Shown here: one piece after another, positions 52,446-64,000 of the stretch
Position numbering within the stretch: the first letter of the stretch is position 1
How the letters are laid out: every line of letters begins with the position of its first letter
NCBI RefSeq assembly: GCF_018350175.1
Contig: NC_058368.1
Coordinates: 101,434,001-101,498,000, forward strand
Direction of reading: 5' to 3'
DNA length: 64,000 bases
From: Felis catus
Lineage: Eukaryota
Program-made: the position numbers and the translations under genes
The notes under the pieces: generated by a model
The model's input: the letters and a program-made list of their open reading frames with translations, nothing else
Databases searched by the model: none
Told to the model about the DNA's origin: nothing

Positions 52446-54190
52446 TGTAACTTACATTGGTGGTGTAAGTGGTCTCTTACTGTTTGTAATTTTGAGAGGA
52501 GGATCTGAGGAAGGTCCTACCTATTTTGAAATCACTTCGTAACTAGTTTGCTACAATAATCATGAGGCCACTGTACGATAGAGTAATGTACCCAGAAAGT
52601 CGGTCTGATGGTGAGCGATAACTTAGAAAATTAGAGCAAATTGCTGTGTATACTCTTGTGTAGTTTACAGAGCTCTCAACATGGTTGGTGCCATTTGATC
52701 TTTACAAACAGTCCTGGAAGGCAGGTTTCAGTGTTATTCTCATTTTACAGGTGTGGTAATTGAAGCTCAAATGGATTTAGTATCTTGTCCAAGGTTACAC
52801 ACCAATGATGGAATGGATCGGCTTAGGCTTTCCATTGCTAACTTCAGAAAACTTCTATGTCAGGTCTTAGAAGGAAAAGTATGCTAAGTTGGGCACACAT
52901 GCTAATTTGTTTGGACTGGGAAATCTGGGTTGGAGAAGGGTGTGGACGATGAACTGGGGCTCTGATAATGGGTAGAGTATTCCCAAGCAGCAGGGAACAA
53001 TAAAATAGTACTAGATAATTAAGCAGTGAATAGCTCGGGAGAAACTATAAAATCAGAAGAAGGCTAGGAATTGTGCCAAAGGTAAGGCTGCCTTCAAACA
53101 CAGGTGATTTACTGAAGTCATTAAAAAAAATCTAAAGTATTGTAAGATCTGGAGATTAAAATCGGGAAGTTAATGTCTGGAAATGAGCAGTTTTAGGAAG
53201 TGGCTCCACTCCTAACCTTGAAGATATTTAGAGACGTAAGTTTGGTTAAGGGTCACTTTAGCAATTCACATCATTCTAGTTAATGGGGTGGTTTGTGTGG
53301 GTATAGAAGTGGGTTGGTGTGGAGAACAGGAAAGGTAACTAAAGAGGCCAGGGAGAAATGATCATAGGGACTTTGTTCTAATGTACAGAGGCCTAGGATG
53401 TAGACCATTCAAACCAAAGAATGATCTTGGGATTAGCTCACGTTCTACAAGTGGGATTAAAGTGGAATTCATTTCATAACACTTGGATCTGACTTAGCTT
53501 CCAAAAACAGAGGTACCCTTTACTTCCTGGGCTTTATTTCCAGTAATTTTATAAAGCCAGTCATCATAATCCAATCTGAGATCTGGGAGTCTACAGTTTG
53601 TAGAAAGAGATGGAATTAAAAATGGGGGGGGGGACCCATTTATGCTAGAGATCAACAAAACTTTGCTCTGGAAGGGGCATGGGTCCAGGAGGTTTTTTGG
53701 AGGTTCATGTGGTTCAATTTGTTTGCTCACATGAGGCCATATGGAGTCAAGGTCCTTAAAAGTATGTGTGTGCTGGGGTGGGGGTGGGGGGATGGGTGAC
53801 ATAAAAAACAACTACTCTCCACAACAGAACACCTATCTGTCTTTCTGTTATATGTTATATACATAAACATGCTTATATATTATACACACATATATACATT
53901 CTGTAACACATATTATGTATGTGTTATAGAAAGGCAACATATTACACACACATATATTTAGAATCTGGGCAGCTACAAATTTACGGTGACACCCCATCCT
54001 GAATCTTGTTCGGGCCTGCCCAATGGTATGGTGGCAGTCTCCTGCCACATTAAAGAATCCCTGAAACATATAATCGACTTGCAGACAGTAGAGAGATACA
54101 TGGGAAACTTTTATTACTGAGACCACAAGAGAGAAATCGTAAAGGGAGAAAATACATTTGAGGCAAGAAGGGGATAAGAATTAGAGCTTT

Positions 54191-54400
54191 GGGGGCACCT
54201 GGGTGGCTCAGCTGGTTAAACGTCCAACTCTTGGTTTCAGCTCAGGTCATGATCTCATGGGTCCTTGAGTTCGAGCACCGTATCAGGCTCTGCACTGACA
54301 GCATGGCACCTGCTTGAGATTCTTTCTCTGCCCCTCCCCTGCTCATGCTCTCTCTCTCTCTCTCTCTCTCTCAAAATAAATAAACTGACAAAAAAGAAAG
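54191..54400 (+). mobile_element. CAN-SINE
   Basis: Consensus head and tail. Confidence 0.9.
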
Positions 54401-55411
54401 AATTTGAGCTTTGATGGGCTGGAGTGTCTACAACATCATGCTAGATCATTTTGTGACACGTTTTGTTTTCCAGAAGCATAGATTTGATAACCCATGATAA
54501 ACTTATTTTAATCATGTTCCTTAGGGTGAGACCTGACAAAGATGTGGACTGATTCTCACATTTTCACCTCAGACTTTCCAGGCTGTTAGAGTCCCTGTTT
54601 CATTGTTTACGTTACATGGGAAAACTCTGTGTTAAGGTGAGGCGGGTGGGGAAGGCATGTAGAAGGGAAAAGTCAAGAAATAAGTAAGAGGTTTGGGGAT
54701 CTAAAGTTATTTCAAAGTTTTTGTCTCCATAACTTCTGCTCCCCTGTGTTCCTCAACACGGTGGATTATAATGATCTGTTCAAAGGAGAACTGACGTGGC
54801 ATTCACCAAACGGGAACAGAGTGAGGAAGGAGGCGGTGTTCTCTTATTCTCCCCACAACAAAATCACAACCCTTCACTGGAAGGCAGCCCATATGGGTAG
54901 CATCAAATCATGAAGCAAAGAAGGCCCTGGCTTCACCCTCAGCATGGACTGCATTGACAGGGGCACTTTAAATTCCAAACACTTGACATTTGATAACCTT
55001 CATTTAGCCTAATGAAAGCCTCTTGGCTTGGAGAAAGAAAAGTGGTGTGCCCTAACACACACACACACACACACACATTAGTGATATTCTGAATCGAACA
55101 CCTCTCCGCACCTCCACACATAACTGCCTGCATAGTCTCACCTCTTCAGAGCCACGAGAGAGGTCTTCCCATGGAAATCCAATTATGGCAGGCCTTTTCT
55201 AGAATTCACCAGCCACTTCCCTTTACATACCTCATTTGCAAAATGGACTTAACAAAAGTCCGCACTCACGGGGGTTCTGAAATTAAAGGAGTACTTGGTA
55301 TATGGTAGGCACTCAATAAGTGTTCAGTGGTATCTTTGTTATTATTGGTGTTGGGATCATATTTGATGTGTAATGATTTGAGAGTTATTTTGTACTTAAG
55401 ATTTTTGGGGG

Positions 55412-55615
55412 GAGGCGCCTGGGTGGCTCAGTCAGTTAAGCGTCTGACTTCAGCTCAGGTCACCATCTCAGGGCTCGTGAGTTCGAACCCCACATCAGGC
55501 TCTGTACTGACAGCTCAGAGCCTGGAGCCTGTTTCTGATTCTGTGTCTCCCTCTCTTTCTGCCTCTTTCCTGCTCACGTTCTGTCTCTTTCTCTCAAAAA
55601 TAAATAAATGTTAAA
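55412..55615 (+). mobile_element. CAN-SINE
   Basis: Consensus head and tail. Confidence 0.9.
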
Positions 55616-56121
55616 ATGTTTTTTTCCATCACTCATGGTGGTTTAGTTGATAGTAGCTTGGGAGCGTCATTAACCACTGCCAAATAAACAAGTCCCCGCG
55701 ATTATACGTTTTGAGGCAATACATAAAGAATGCCACGTGAAAAGCATCTTCTTGCGCAAATGATTGCCTGCCCTCGCTTCTCTGTTTGGGACTATATTTG
55801 AAAATGCTGTTTGTTTTCTCTGAGAAAAATGTATTGATTTAATAGCACATTTGTCTTAATTGGCAGTCATATGGGTTTCCTTGTACCTAAGTTTTGGCTG
55901 CATCAGAAGTGAAAGGCCTTTCTCTTTGAGGCACCTCTTTGGAACCCCTGGTGCGAAATTTCGGAGTATCATATTTAGGTCACACCGGCCCAAGTACACT
56001 CTTCAAATTTGAAAAGAACAAAACTAATCATTTTCATGGAATGTGCCAAATAAACAAACAGAAAAATTTTTGTCACCTATTTTCTATACTTCTATGTCAT
56101 TGTCAAAAGAACCACAACAGA

Positions 56122-56330
56122 GGGGCGCCTGGGTGGCGCAGTCGGTTAAGCGCCCGACTTCAGCCAGGTCACGATCTCGCGGTCCCTGAGTTGGAGCCCC
56201 GCGTCGGGCTCTGGGCTGATGGCTCAGAGCCTGGAGCCTGTTTCCGATTCTGTGTCTCCCTCTCTCTCTGCCCCTCCCCCGTTCATGCTCTGTCTCTCTC
56301 TGTCCCAAAAATAAATAAAAAACGTTGAAA
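56122..56330 (+). mobile_element. Young SINEC_Fc
   Basis: TSD aaaagaaccacaacaga. Confidence 0.95.
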
Positions 56331-57649
56331 AGAACCACAACAGATAATAATATAACAAGATAAAAACAATGGGGAAAGTAAGAATATATAAAACAAGATT
56401 ATTCCAGAGTTGGTTGACCAACATGCATGTCATAAGGTACATGGACTATTTAGAAATAGGCTACGAAGCCAGATCTACACTTCCTAGGAATCAGCCCCAG
56501 AAGTAAATATAAGAGTTAAATGATTTATGACATCTGGTAAGATGAGAGCAAACTAGCTGTTTAAAAAAAGCACAGCTCCATCTAGTATTGTAACTGAGAA
56601 ATTTGTTCCTTGGGTCCTCATGGAGAAGACATGATGTGATATAGCCAATATCATCCCTAAAAATATTCCTAGTAATTACCATAATGAGTTTCACAGGCCT
56701 GTTCCTTATAATGTCCCTTGATGTCAGCAAGGTCATAACAGAAGGGAACGGTTTGGTAAAGCAAACCTATAAAGGTGAGCATTGGGGGCAGCGGAGGAGA
56801 CACAAAATAAGTTGGGCCGGGTCTATCTGACTAAATACAATGATAAATTTAGGAGCATCTCCAGAAACTAGACTGTATATATTTTAGAAAACCCCCCCAA
56901 AATATTTTTTCAGATTCATTTTCAAGAAGTATTGCATGATAAGGTGGTTTAAACTTACCCTCTCAAACAAACACCTCTCTTGCTAGTTAATGGCAGACCC
57001 TTTAATTACAGTGACATCCTCTTATCAAAGCCAAGTGTAACCAGGGCGTGTTTGGACAAACACTCACTTCGAACAATGTAACCTCCTACCGAGTCCTCAA
57101 GGATAAACTAGCTGAAAAGAGTATCTGGTATATGGAATTTTAAGGAGTTCAAAGTTGGAGAATGTTTACTAAGATTAATTATTAATGACGATTGTGTACA
57201 TACGTGGCTGAAAAGAGCAATATACCGTACAATGAAGCCAATTGTACACAAGCAAATATTGATGCTTTGATTTAAAGAACCTCTCGCTCTTTGGGACTTG
57301 ACATTTAGAGGCAGAGTTGATCAAGAAGCATGACTACAAACCGAGGTAATTCTCTGACTGGTGCTGTTTCCGGTGAGTGCTCTAACGCTCGAAGCTGTGC
57401 ATAGAAAAAGGTCTCAGTTTTCCCTCGGCCTGCCCTTCTCCATCTCTCTCCCATACACGTGCTTACAGTTGCTCTGATTCGGCTTGGTATAAATTACTAA
57501 TTTAGGATCCCTCTTCCCTGTGTTCCTCCTTCCCTCTGTCACTCCTTTGCCAGCTGCGATGCACAGGAGTCGTTTTACTAAGAAATTCCTCAGGATGATA
57601 GTAATTACTATCAGGGTCTCCTTATTTACCTCTCCTGCTACATCCTGAA

Positions 57650-58320
57650 CAGCAGTATAAATACATGGACTTTGGAGTCAGACACACCTGTATTCAAATC
57701 CTAGCTCTGCCATTTACTAGCTGAGTGATATGAACACTTTGCTGTAATTCTCTTCGAGTCTTACCTTTCTCATCTATGAAAAGAAGAAAATGGGGTGTCT
57801 GGGCGGCTCAGTTGCTTGAGCCCCTGACTCTTGATTTCAGCTCAGGTCATGATCCCAGGGTTGTAGGATTGAACCCTGAGTCGGATTCTGGGCTGAGAGT
57901 GGAGTCTGCTTAAGATTCTCTCTCCCTGTCTCTTTCTCTCCCTCTGCCCCTCTCCCCTGCTCTCTCTCTCTCTCTCTTTAAAATAAAATTTAAGGGGCGC
58001 CTGGGTGGCTCAGTCGGTTAAGCGGCCGACTTCGGCTCAGGTCATGATCTCGCGGTCCGTGAGTTCCAGCCTCGCGTCGGGCTCTGTGCTGACAGCTCAG
58101 AGCCTGGAGCCTGTTTCGGATTCTGTGTCTCCGTCTCTCTGACCCTCCCCCGTTCATGCTCTGTCTCTCTCTGTCTCAAAAATAAATAAACGTTAAAAAA
58201 AAATTTCTTAAAATTAAAAAAAAAAAGAAAAGAAGAAAACGATACTTCTCTATGACGATTAAGAGATGTTTTCTAGAAAGTGCCTAACACTTTAGGCACT
58301 CAGTAGTTGTTAGTTTCATT
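57650..58320 (+). mobile_element. MIR split by two CAN-SINEs (57792-57990, 57994-58230)
   Basis: MIR core tttggagtcagacacacctgtattcaaatcctagctctgcc before the SINEs; MIR tail aaagtgcctaacac..ggcactcagta after. Confidence 0.8.
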
Positions 58321-58439
58321 CTATCCCAGTTCCTATTACATAAGGCTTACAGGCAATAGTGATAAAATGATTCTAAGAGTGATGTTTGTAAGTATGGGGT
58401 TCTTAACAACTGGGGTTAGGATTTACCTTTAAAAAAAAA

Positions 58440-58790
58440 AATACTCAAACTCAACAAATGAATCACCAAACAAAAAGCAGAATCAGACCTGTAAATATAG
58501 AGAGAACAAACTGATGGTTGTCAGAGGAAAGGGGGGGTGGAGGGATGGGCAAACGGGTGAGGGGGGAGTGGGAGGAACAGGTGTCCAGTTAGGGAATGAG
58601 CAGGTCACAGGAATAAAAGGCACAGCATAGGGAACATAGTCAATAGCATTGTAACAGTATTTTCTGGTGCCAGATGGTAGCTGCACTTGTGACTAGCACA
58701 GCTACTGTATAGAGAAGCTGAATTTACAACACAGTGAACGAATGTGCCATTGTGTGCCACCTATACTCAAACATTTTTGAAAAACAAATA
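58440..58790 (+). mobile_element. Carnivore L1 3' end
   Basis: gagaacaaactgatggttgtcagagg..ggcacagcatagggaacatagtcaata. Confidence 0.8.
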
Positions 58791-58814
58791 AAATCCTCAA
58801 ACCCTTCTATTTGA

Positions 58815-59092
58815 TGTGGTGCCTCCCAGAATAACGGCCCCTGAAGACACTCACACCTTAATCCCCAGAACCTGTGACTATATTATCTGACATAGCAAAT
58901 GAGGCTTTGCGTTGAGATTAAGTTAAGAATTGTGAGACAGGGAGATGATCCTGGATTATCCCCGGTGGACTCAATGCAATCACAGGAACTCTTACGAAGG
59001 AAAGAGGAAGACAGGAGAGTGAGTGGCAGAGGAGGTGTGGTGAGAGAAGCAGAATTCAGTGAGGTGATGCTGGTCTGAAAAATGAAAAGGGG
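58815..59092 (+). mobile_element. MLT1B/C/D-type MaLR LTR (5' part)
   Basis: cagaataacggcccctgaaga..taatccccagaacctgtgactatattatct..gggagatgatcctggattatcc. Confidence 0.8.
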
Positions 59093-59095
59093 CCT

Positions 59096-59645
59096 TGGGG
59101 CGCCTGGGTTGCTCAGTTGGGTGGGTGTGTGACTTCTGCTCAGGCCACGTTCTCGTGGTTTGGGAGTTAGAGCCCTGCGTCGGGCTGTGTTCACAGCTCG
59201 GAGCTGGAGCCTGCTTTGGATTCTGTCTGTGTGTCTCTTTGTCTCTCTCTCTCTCTCTCTCTGCCCCTCCTCTGCTTGTGCTCTGTCTGTGTCTCTGTCT
59301 CTCTCAAAAATAAATACAACGTTGAGAAAATTAAAAAAAAAAAAAAAAAGAAAATACCTGTCAGTTCATGATGATTTCTTTGTGTGTGTGTATTTGAATT
59401 TCCAATTCAAATTCAGGATACAAGGCTGTTTAGTTGGTCTTCTTTAAAAAAAAAAGTTTATTTATTTTGAGAGAGAGAGAGAGAGAGAGAGAGAAATAGA
59501 GGGGGAGGGACAGAGAGAGAGGGAGAGAGAGAGAATCCCAAGCAGGCTCCATGCTGTCAGCACAGAGCCTAACGTGGGGCTTGAACTCACTATTCGATTA
59601 TGACCTGAGCCAACGCCAGATGCCCAAATGACTGAATTGCCCTGT
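59096..59645. mobile_element. Inverted CAN-SINE pair (59096-59350 +, 59445-59645 -)
   Basis: Tail-to-tail, ~95 bp apart. Confidence 0.88.
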
Positions 59646-60324
59646 ACAAGTGCTCTGTAGTTGGTCTTTTTTTTTTTTTTCCCCATCTGTATCAATATCA
59701 GGGATGGCAGAATTAAAACACACCATAATTACTCATTTTGCTTCGTCCTATATCACAGTCTCAGAAAAACTACATCAATACTACTACCAACAATATCATT
59801 ACTGAAAAGCCAAATCAAAACAAAACGAAACAAAAACCACATCTTTTTTTTTTTTTTTGGTAATTTTTTGTCCTTAGGATATATCTCATGAGGGATATAT
59901 AGTCAAATTACTATATTTTAAAATCACTTGGAAATACAATCTCTTAAAACATCATTTAACTTGTGCAGGAGAGAATCATCCTCTTTTCCCTCTACTTACC
60001 AATCATCATGTCAATATCTGCCAGATAATTATTTCTGTTGCTGTGGACAATGTTGTAGTCTACTGAGTTTAATACTAACAACAACAATGATGACGATGAT
60101 GAACATTTACTGTAGCAATCACGTACAATTGGGTTTTCTTTACCTGGATGTGAATGCTGAAGCCAGCTTCTATTTTCTCTTTTGCAACCTTGATCGTGAC
60201 TCAGTAGCCTGTTCAACACTACTGATAGACTTTCAGTAAGATATTAATGCCTTGTTTAGAGGCGCAGAGGATGAAAATGAGGACCACAGCCCAAACACTG
60301 CACACATAGATTCTCTTTAATATT

Positions 60325-60550
60325 TATTTAAAAAAAATTTTTTTTAATGTTTATTTATTTTTGAGACAGAGAGAGACAGAGCATGAATGGGGGGAGGGTC
60401 AGAGAGAGAGAGGGAGCCACAGAATCTGAAACAGGCTCCAGGCTCTGCGTTGTCAGCACAGAGCCCGATGTGGGGCTCAAACTCACAGACCGCAACATCA
60501 CGACCTGAGCCGAAGTTGGACGCTCAACCGACTGAGCCACCCAGGCGCCC
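60325..60550 (-). mobile_element. CAN-SINE
   Basis: TSD tctctttaatattt. Confidence 0.93.
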
Positions 60551-63339
60551 CTCTCTTTAATATTTTAAGACCAGAACGAAGCTGATAAGGCAGCTTGCAA
60601 AAACAAAGACTACCCCATCACTAAGTACTGACATAACTGTAGTAACTTTAGAACGTGCAATGTGTATTTGCTCCATTGTAAAGAGACCCAGCTGATATGT
60701 CTTTGCTGATATGAGTCAACAAGTGTTAAAGAACACAGGTAATATATGGAAAGGAAACGAGACACAGGGTGAGACTGGCTTCGACGGTCATGACAGTGAT
60801 TGACAAAAATACACTCGTAGGAGTGAGAGTAACAGCTCTAGAAAGCAGCAAGTATTGGCATTTGGTTGAAGTTTCTTCTCAGTTACATCAGGTCACCCAA
60901 GCTGGCGGAACACAAAGCATTAAGTCACAGTCCAAAGGGTTAGGTCTGCGCTTGGCAGGGTTCCAACCAGAAGCTGAGGTAGGGCTCCGGGTGACTGAAG
61001 CAGACAGCTGCACTGAAACACAAAGCTTTAGCAGGGTGTGGCCGGCTTTGTCAATTAGGAGAATATGAGCCTAAAGCCATGGATCCTCACAACAGTAAGG
61101 CAGAGATTATATTAGGGTGAAGCCAAGGGAGCGAAGCAGGACTGAACCACAGCTCGGAATTCAAGTGTTCATGTGGACACAGAACCAGGCCTCACAAGAA
61201 AGGATACAAGTAGGAGACAGCACTGGGCGGAACCAAAAGCCAGGGTCACAGCCTAGTGATCAAGATTCTTCAGTTGCAAACAGTAGAAATGGACTCTGGG
61301 GAATGCAAACAAAACAGAGTTGTATGAAAGTTGTATCTATGATTGGGGCCGGGGTGGGGGATTGGGTCTTACAGAATTGTCAGGAAGCTGGAAGTCCTAT
61401 TTTGGGCAGAATCCAAAATACTCCGAAGGCTAGGATGTAGACTGTAGGAGCTACGTGATCAAGGTGCTGCTCTTGGAATGAAGTGTCATTCCAAATGTTT
61501 TTAGATTCCATGTACCTCTGCTCAAGATTCAAATCTAGGGAGAGAGCATCCATTTGGCATTCTTTAGACAACGTGTTCCCCATTAAGCCTCCTTCACCTA
61601 ATACCACAGAGTCCCTGGTCAGAGACTACAATGACAGGGAGAAAATTCACCAAAAATAAATTTGGGGGCTATTTAAGAGAGGGTAAACAGGTGCTGGACA
61701 GCCATTATACCATAAATGTCCAAAGATACATGGTAAAATCAAGAGAAACGGGGCCTGAGGCAAATTTAAATAATGTTTTGCCTGTAGACACAAAACCCAT
61801 TCTGTATGTCTTAGACTTTTGAAGCTATGGAACAGCTTGGAGACCTGACATATTCTACTTTTTATTACCGTTCATGTTGGATTAGAAAATACAGTTTCCT
61901 AAGGGTCACATGACAGCTAACAATACACATACTTACTACTTACTCTATGCCAGACACTGTGGCAAGTGCATGACAGATACGTCATCGCATTTAATCTTCC
62001 GGTATCAGTGTGATGAAGGAAATACCGACTCACTTTACAGTTGAGCCAACTGAGGTTCAGAAGCCTTAAGTGGTTCAAGGAAGGGAAATGGGAGGAAACT
62101 GCAAAGCGGTATAGTCCTACTTATAGGAGGAGGAGAATGAGAACCAAACGGAAGTGAGGCTCTAAGTAGGGTATCCTCCCACATCGATTTTAACTTCTGT
62201 TGACCCTGCGACCATGTTCAGTCAGATACGGCAACAATAGCACAATAGGAACAGTGGGAGGATGAAGACATGTCAGGAATTTAGCAATACTGGTTGGTGA
62301 AGAGGGGGCTGAATTTAAGACCAAGCATGACAGAGACTAAAGAAACAATTAGACACAGATGCTGACCCAAACGAGGTAGTCCTCTGTTTCCTGTCCAAAG
62401 GGCGCATGAAGGTCAGACATGACTTAGACAAGCTTTAGTACCAATGTGGTCTTGTCCAGAAGAAGATTATGGTAAACCAGTAAGCCTAGTCAGTGTGTGG
62501 TATTTGGAGAAGTTCATTGGTCTGAGAGTAATCCATCCTAGCAGGACCCTGGCCAGAGACGTAGGGTGTAGTCAGAACTGGGATTAGAGAACAATTTTCC
62601 ATGTTGGATGGGGTTCTGGGAAAGTCTATAGTTTCAATTAGAAAGGGACACTAAAGGAGGCGATCAGTGCTATGGACTGGGAAAATATTGCAGGGGAAAA
62701 CAGAGAGGGAAGGGGCATAGTTACCCAGAGTAGCACTCTGCTTCTTGGGCCAGAGGACTGCATGATTCTCATGGGTGAGGGCTGATGAGACACTCAGTCT
62801 TGGTCAGATTTGGCTCATGCAGTGGGATCTTGGAAAATATAGTTGTGGGGAGAAAAAGAATACCAAGGGATGGAAAATGGAGCAGGGGCCAATCATTACA
62901 ACCATCTCTAAACCTTAGATTCACATATTACCCAGAGTTCAAGCTGTTCTTAAAACCAATACAAAAAAAAAAAAAAAATCACAGCTTTAGCTAACTCTTC
63001 CATTTATCACAAAACATTCTTCAGATAGCCACAGTTGCTCACAAGCTGCCAAAATTCAGGCCTACTAATGGAAAAACACAAAAATTAAATTGCCTAGCTA
63101 GAGATTTAGCCATTCTTTTTGGCAAGACTCTTTTATACTTTTCATGGTGTTTATAGCGTTTCTCTACATGCAGTTTTCTTTATTGAAGCTCTTTTTCTCA
63201 AGAATGTATTCTTTCCCTCTTTGAAGGTTTAAAATTGTTTGTCTACCAGTTGTCTTCCTTAACAAATGTCCTAACCTTCAATTTCTCTTTTATTTATAGA
63301 TGGCATACTCTCTACGTAGAAAGTATTCCTTTGAGGATT

Positions 63340-63730
63340 GGTATGCCCTGAATTGTGTCCTCCTCCCCGAAATTCATATGTTGCTGCCCTACCCTCTAAT
63401 ATGATGATATTTAGAGAAGAGGTTTTTTTGGAAATACCTAGGTTTAATTGAGGTCATGAAGGTGGGGGCCTCATGATGGGATTAGTGTCCTTTTAAGAAG
63501 AGCTAGAGAGAGCGCGAGAGAGATCCCGTGCATTGAAGAAAGTCTGTAAGAACATACAGTGAGAAGGCGGCCAGCCATCCGACAGCCAGGAAGAGAGCTT
63601 TCAGCAGAATCTGACCATGTTAGCACCCTGATATCAGTCTTCTGGCCCCCAGAACTGTGAGCAAATAAATTTCCGTTGTTGAAGCCCCCCCAATCTATGA
63701 TATTTTGTTTTGTGAGCCTGAGCTAAAACA
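63340..63730 (+). mobile_element. MLT1A-like MaLR LTR
   Basis: ctgaattgtgtcctcc..aaattcatatgttg..ccagaactgtgagcaaataaatttccgttgttgaagcc. Confidence 0.85.
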
Positions 63731-64000
63731 AGGAGTCTTAACAACGTGATTTTTATTACACATTACTTAAGATTATTATTATAAAACACAACAAAACCTT
63801 TCAGAGAAGTTTTGTGATTCTGTACCTGGTTGTCGTCTGTGACTGGCTTTCTCCCAGCATCTTTCCTTGCCCTCCCCTTGCCTGCAGGCTTGACTGGGAA
63901 AAGGTTATTTTCCTGGTCTTAGTAGAATACGTTGCTGTGCTCCCGGGCTCTGACTGTTATGACAACGTCTCATTTTGCATCCCTCTTGTTTCTACTTGAG

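Noticed and set aside
1879..60540. Many short ORFs of type MAQSVKRPTSAQV..SLEPASDSVSPSLS
   Set aside because: Translations of CAN-SINE copies, not genes.

Overview
Mammalian genomic DNA, almost certainly a felid: about 45 feliform CAN-SINE (SINEC_Fc-type) copies, L1/L2/MIR fragments, MaLR/ERV-L LTRs and microsatellites. I found no supportable host protein-coding exon, so the window looks intronic or intergenic. The main result is a minus-strand fossil at about 31.2-36.3 kb. A decayed ~2.6 kb reading frame carries the ordered motifs G-F-A-B-C-E of a positive-strand RNA virus RdRp (flavi/pesti-like NS5), apparently preceded by a cap methyltransferase-like segment. It runs directly, and apparently in frame, into an internally deleted ERV-L gag-pro-RT fragment with no LTR at the junction. 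This looks like an ancient flavivirid-like endogenous viral element captured by recombination with an ERV-L retrotransposon. All family assignments come from manual translation and motifs recalled from memory, not database searches; boundaries are approximate.
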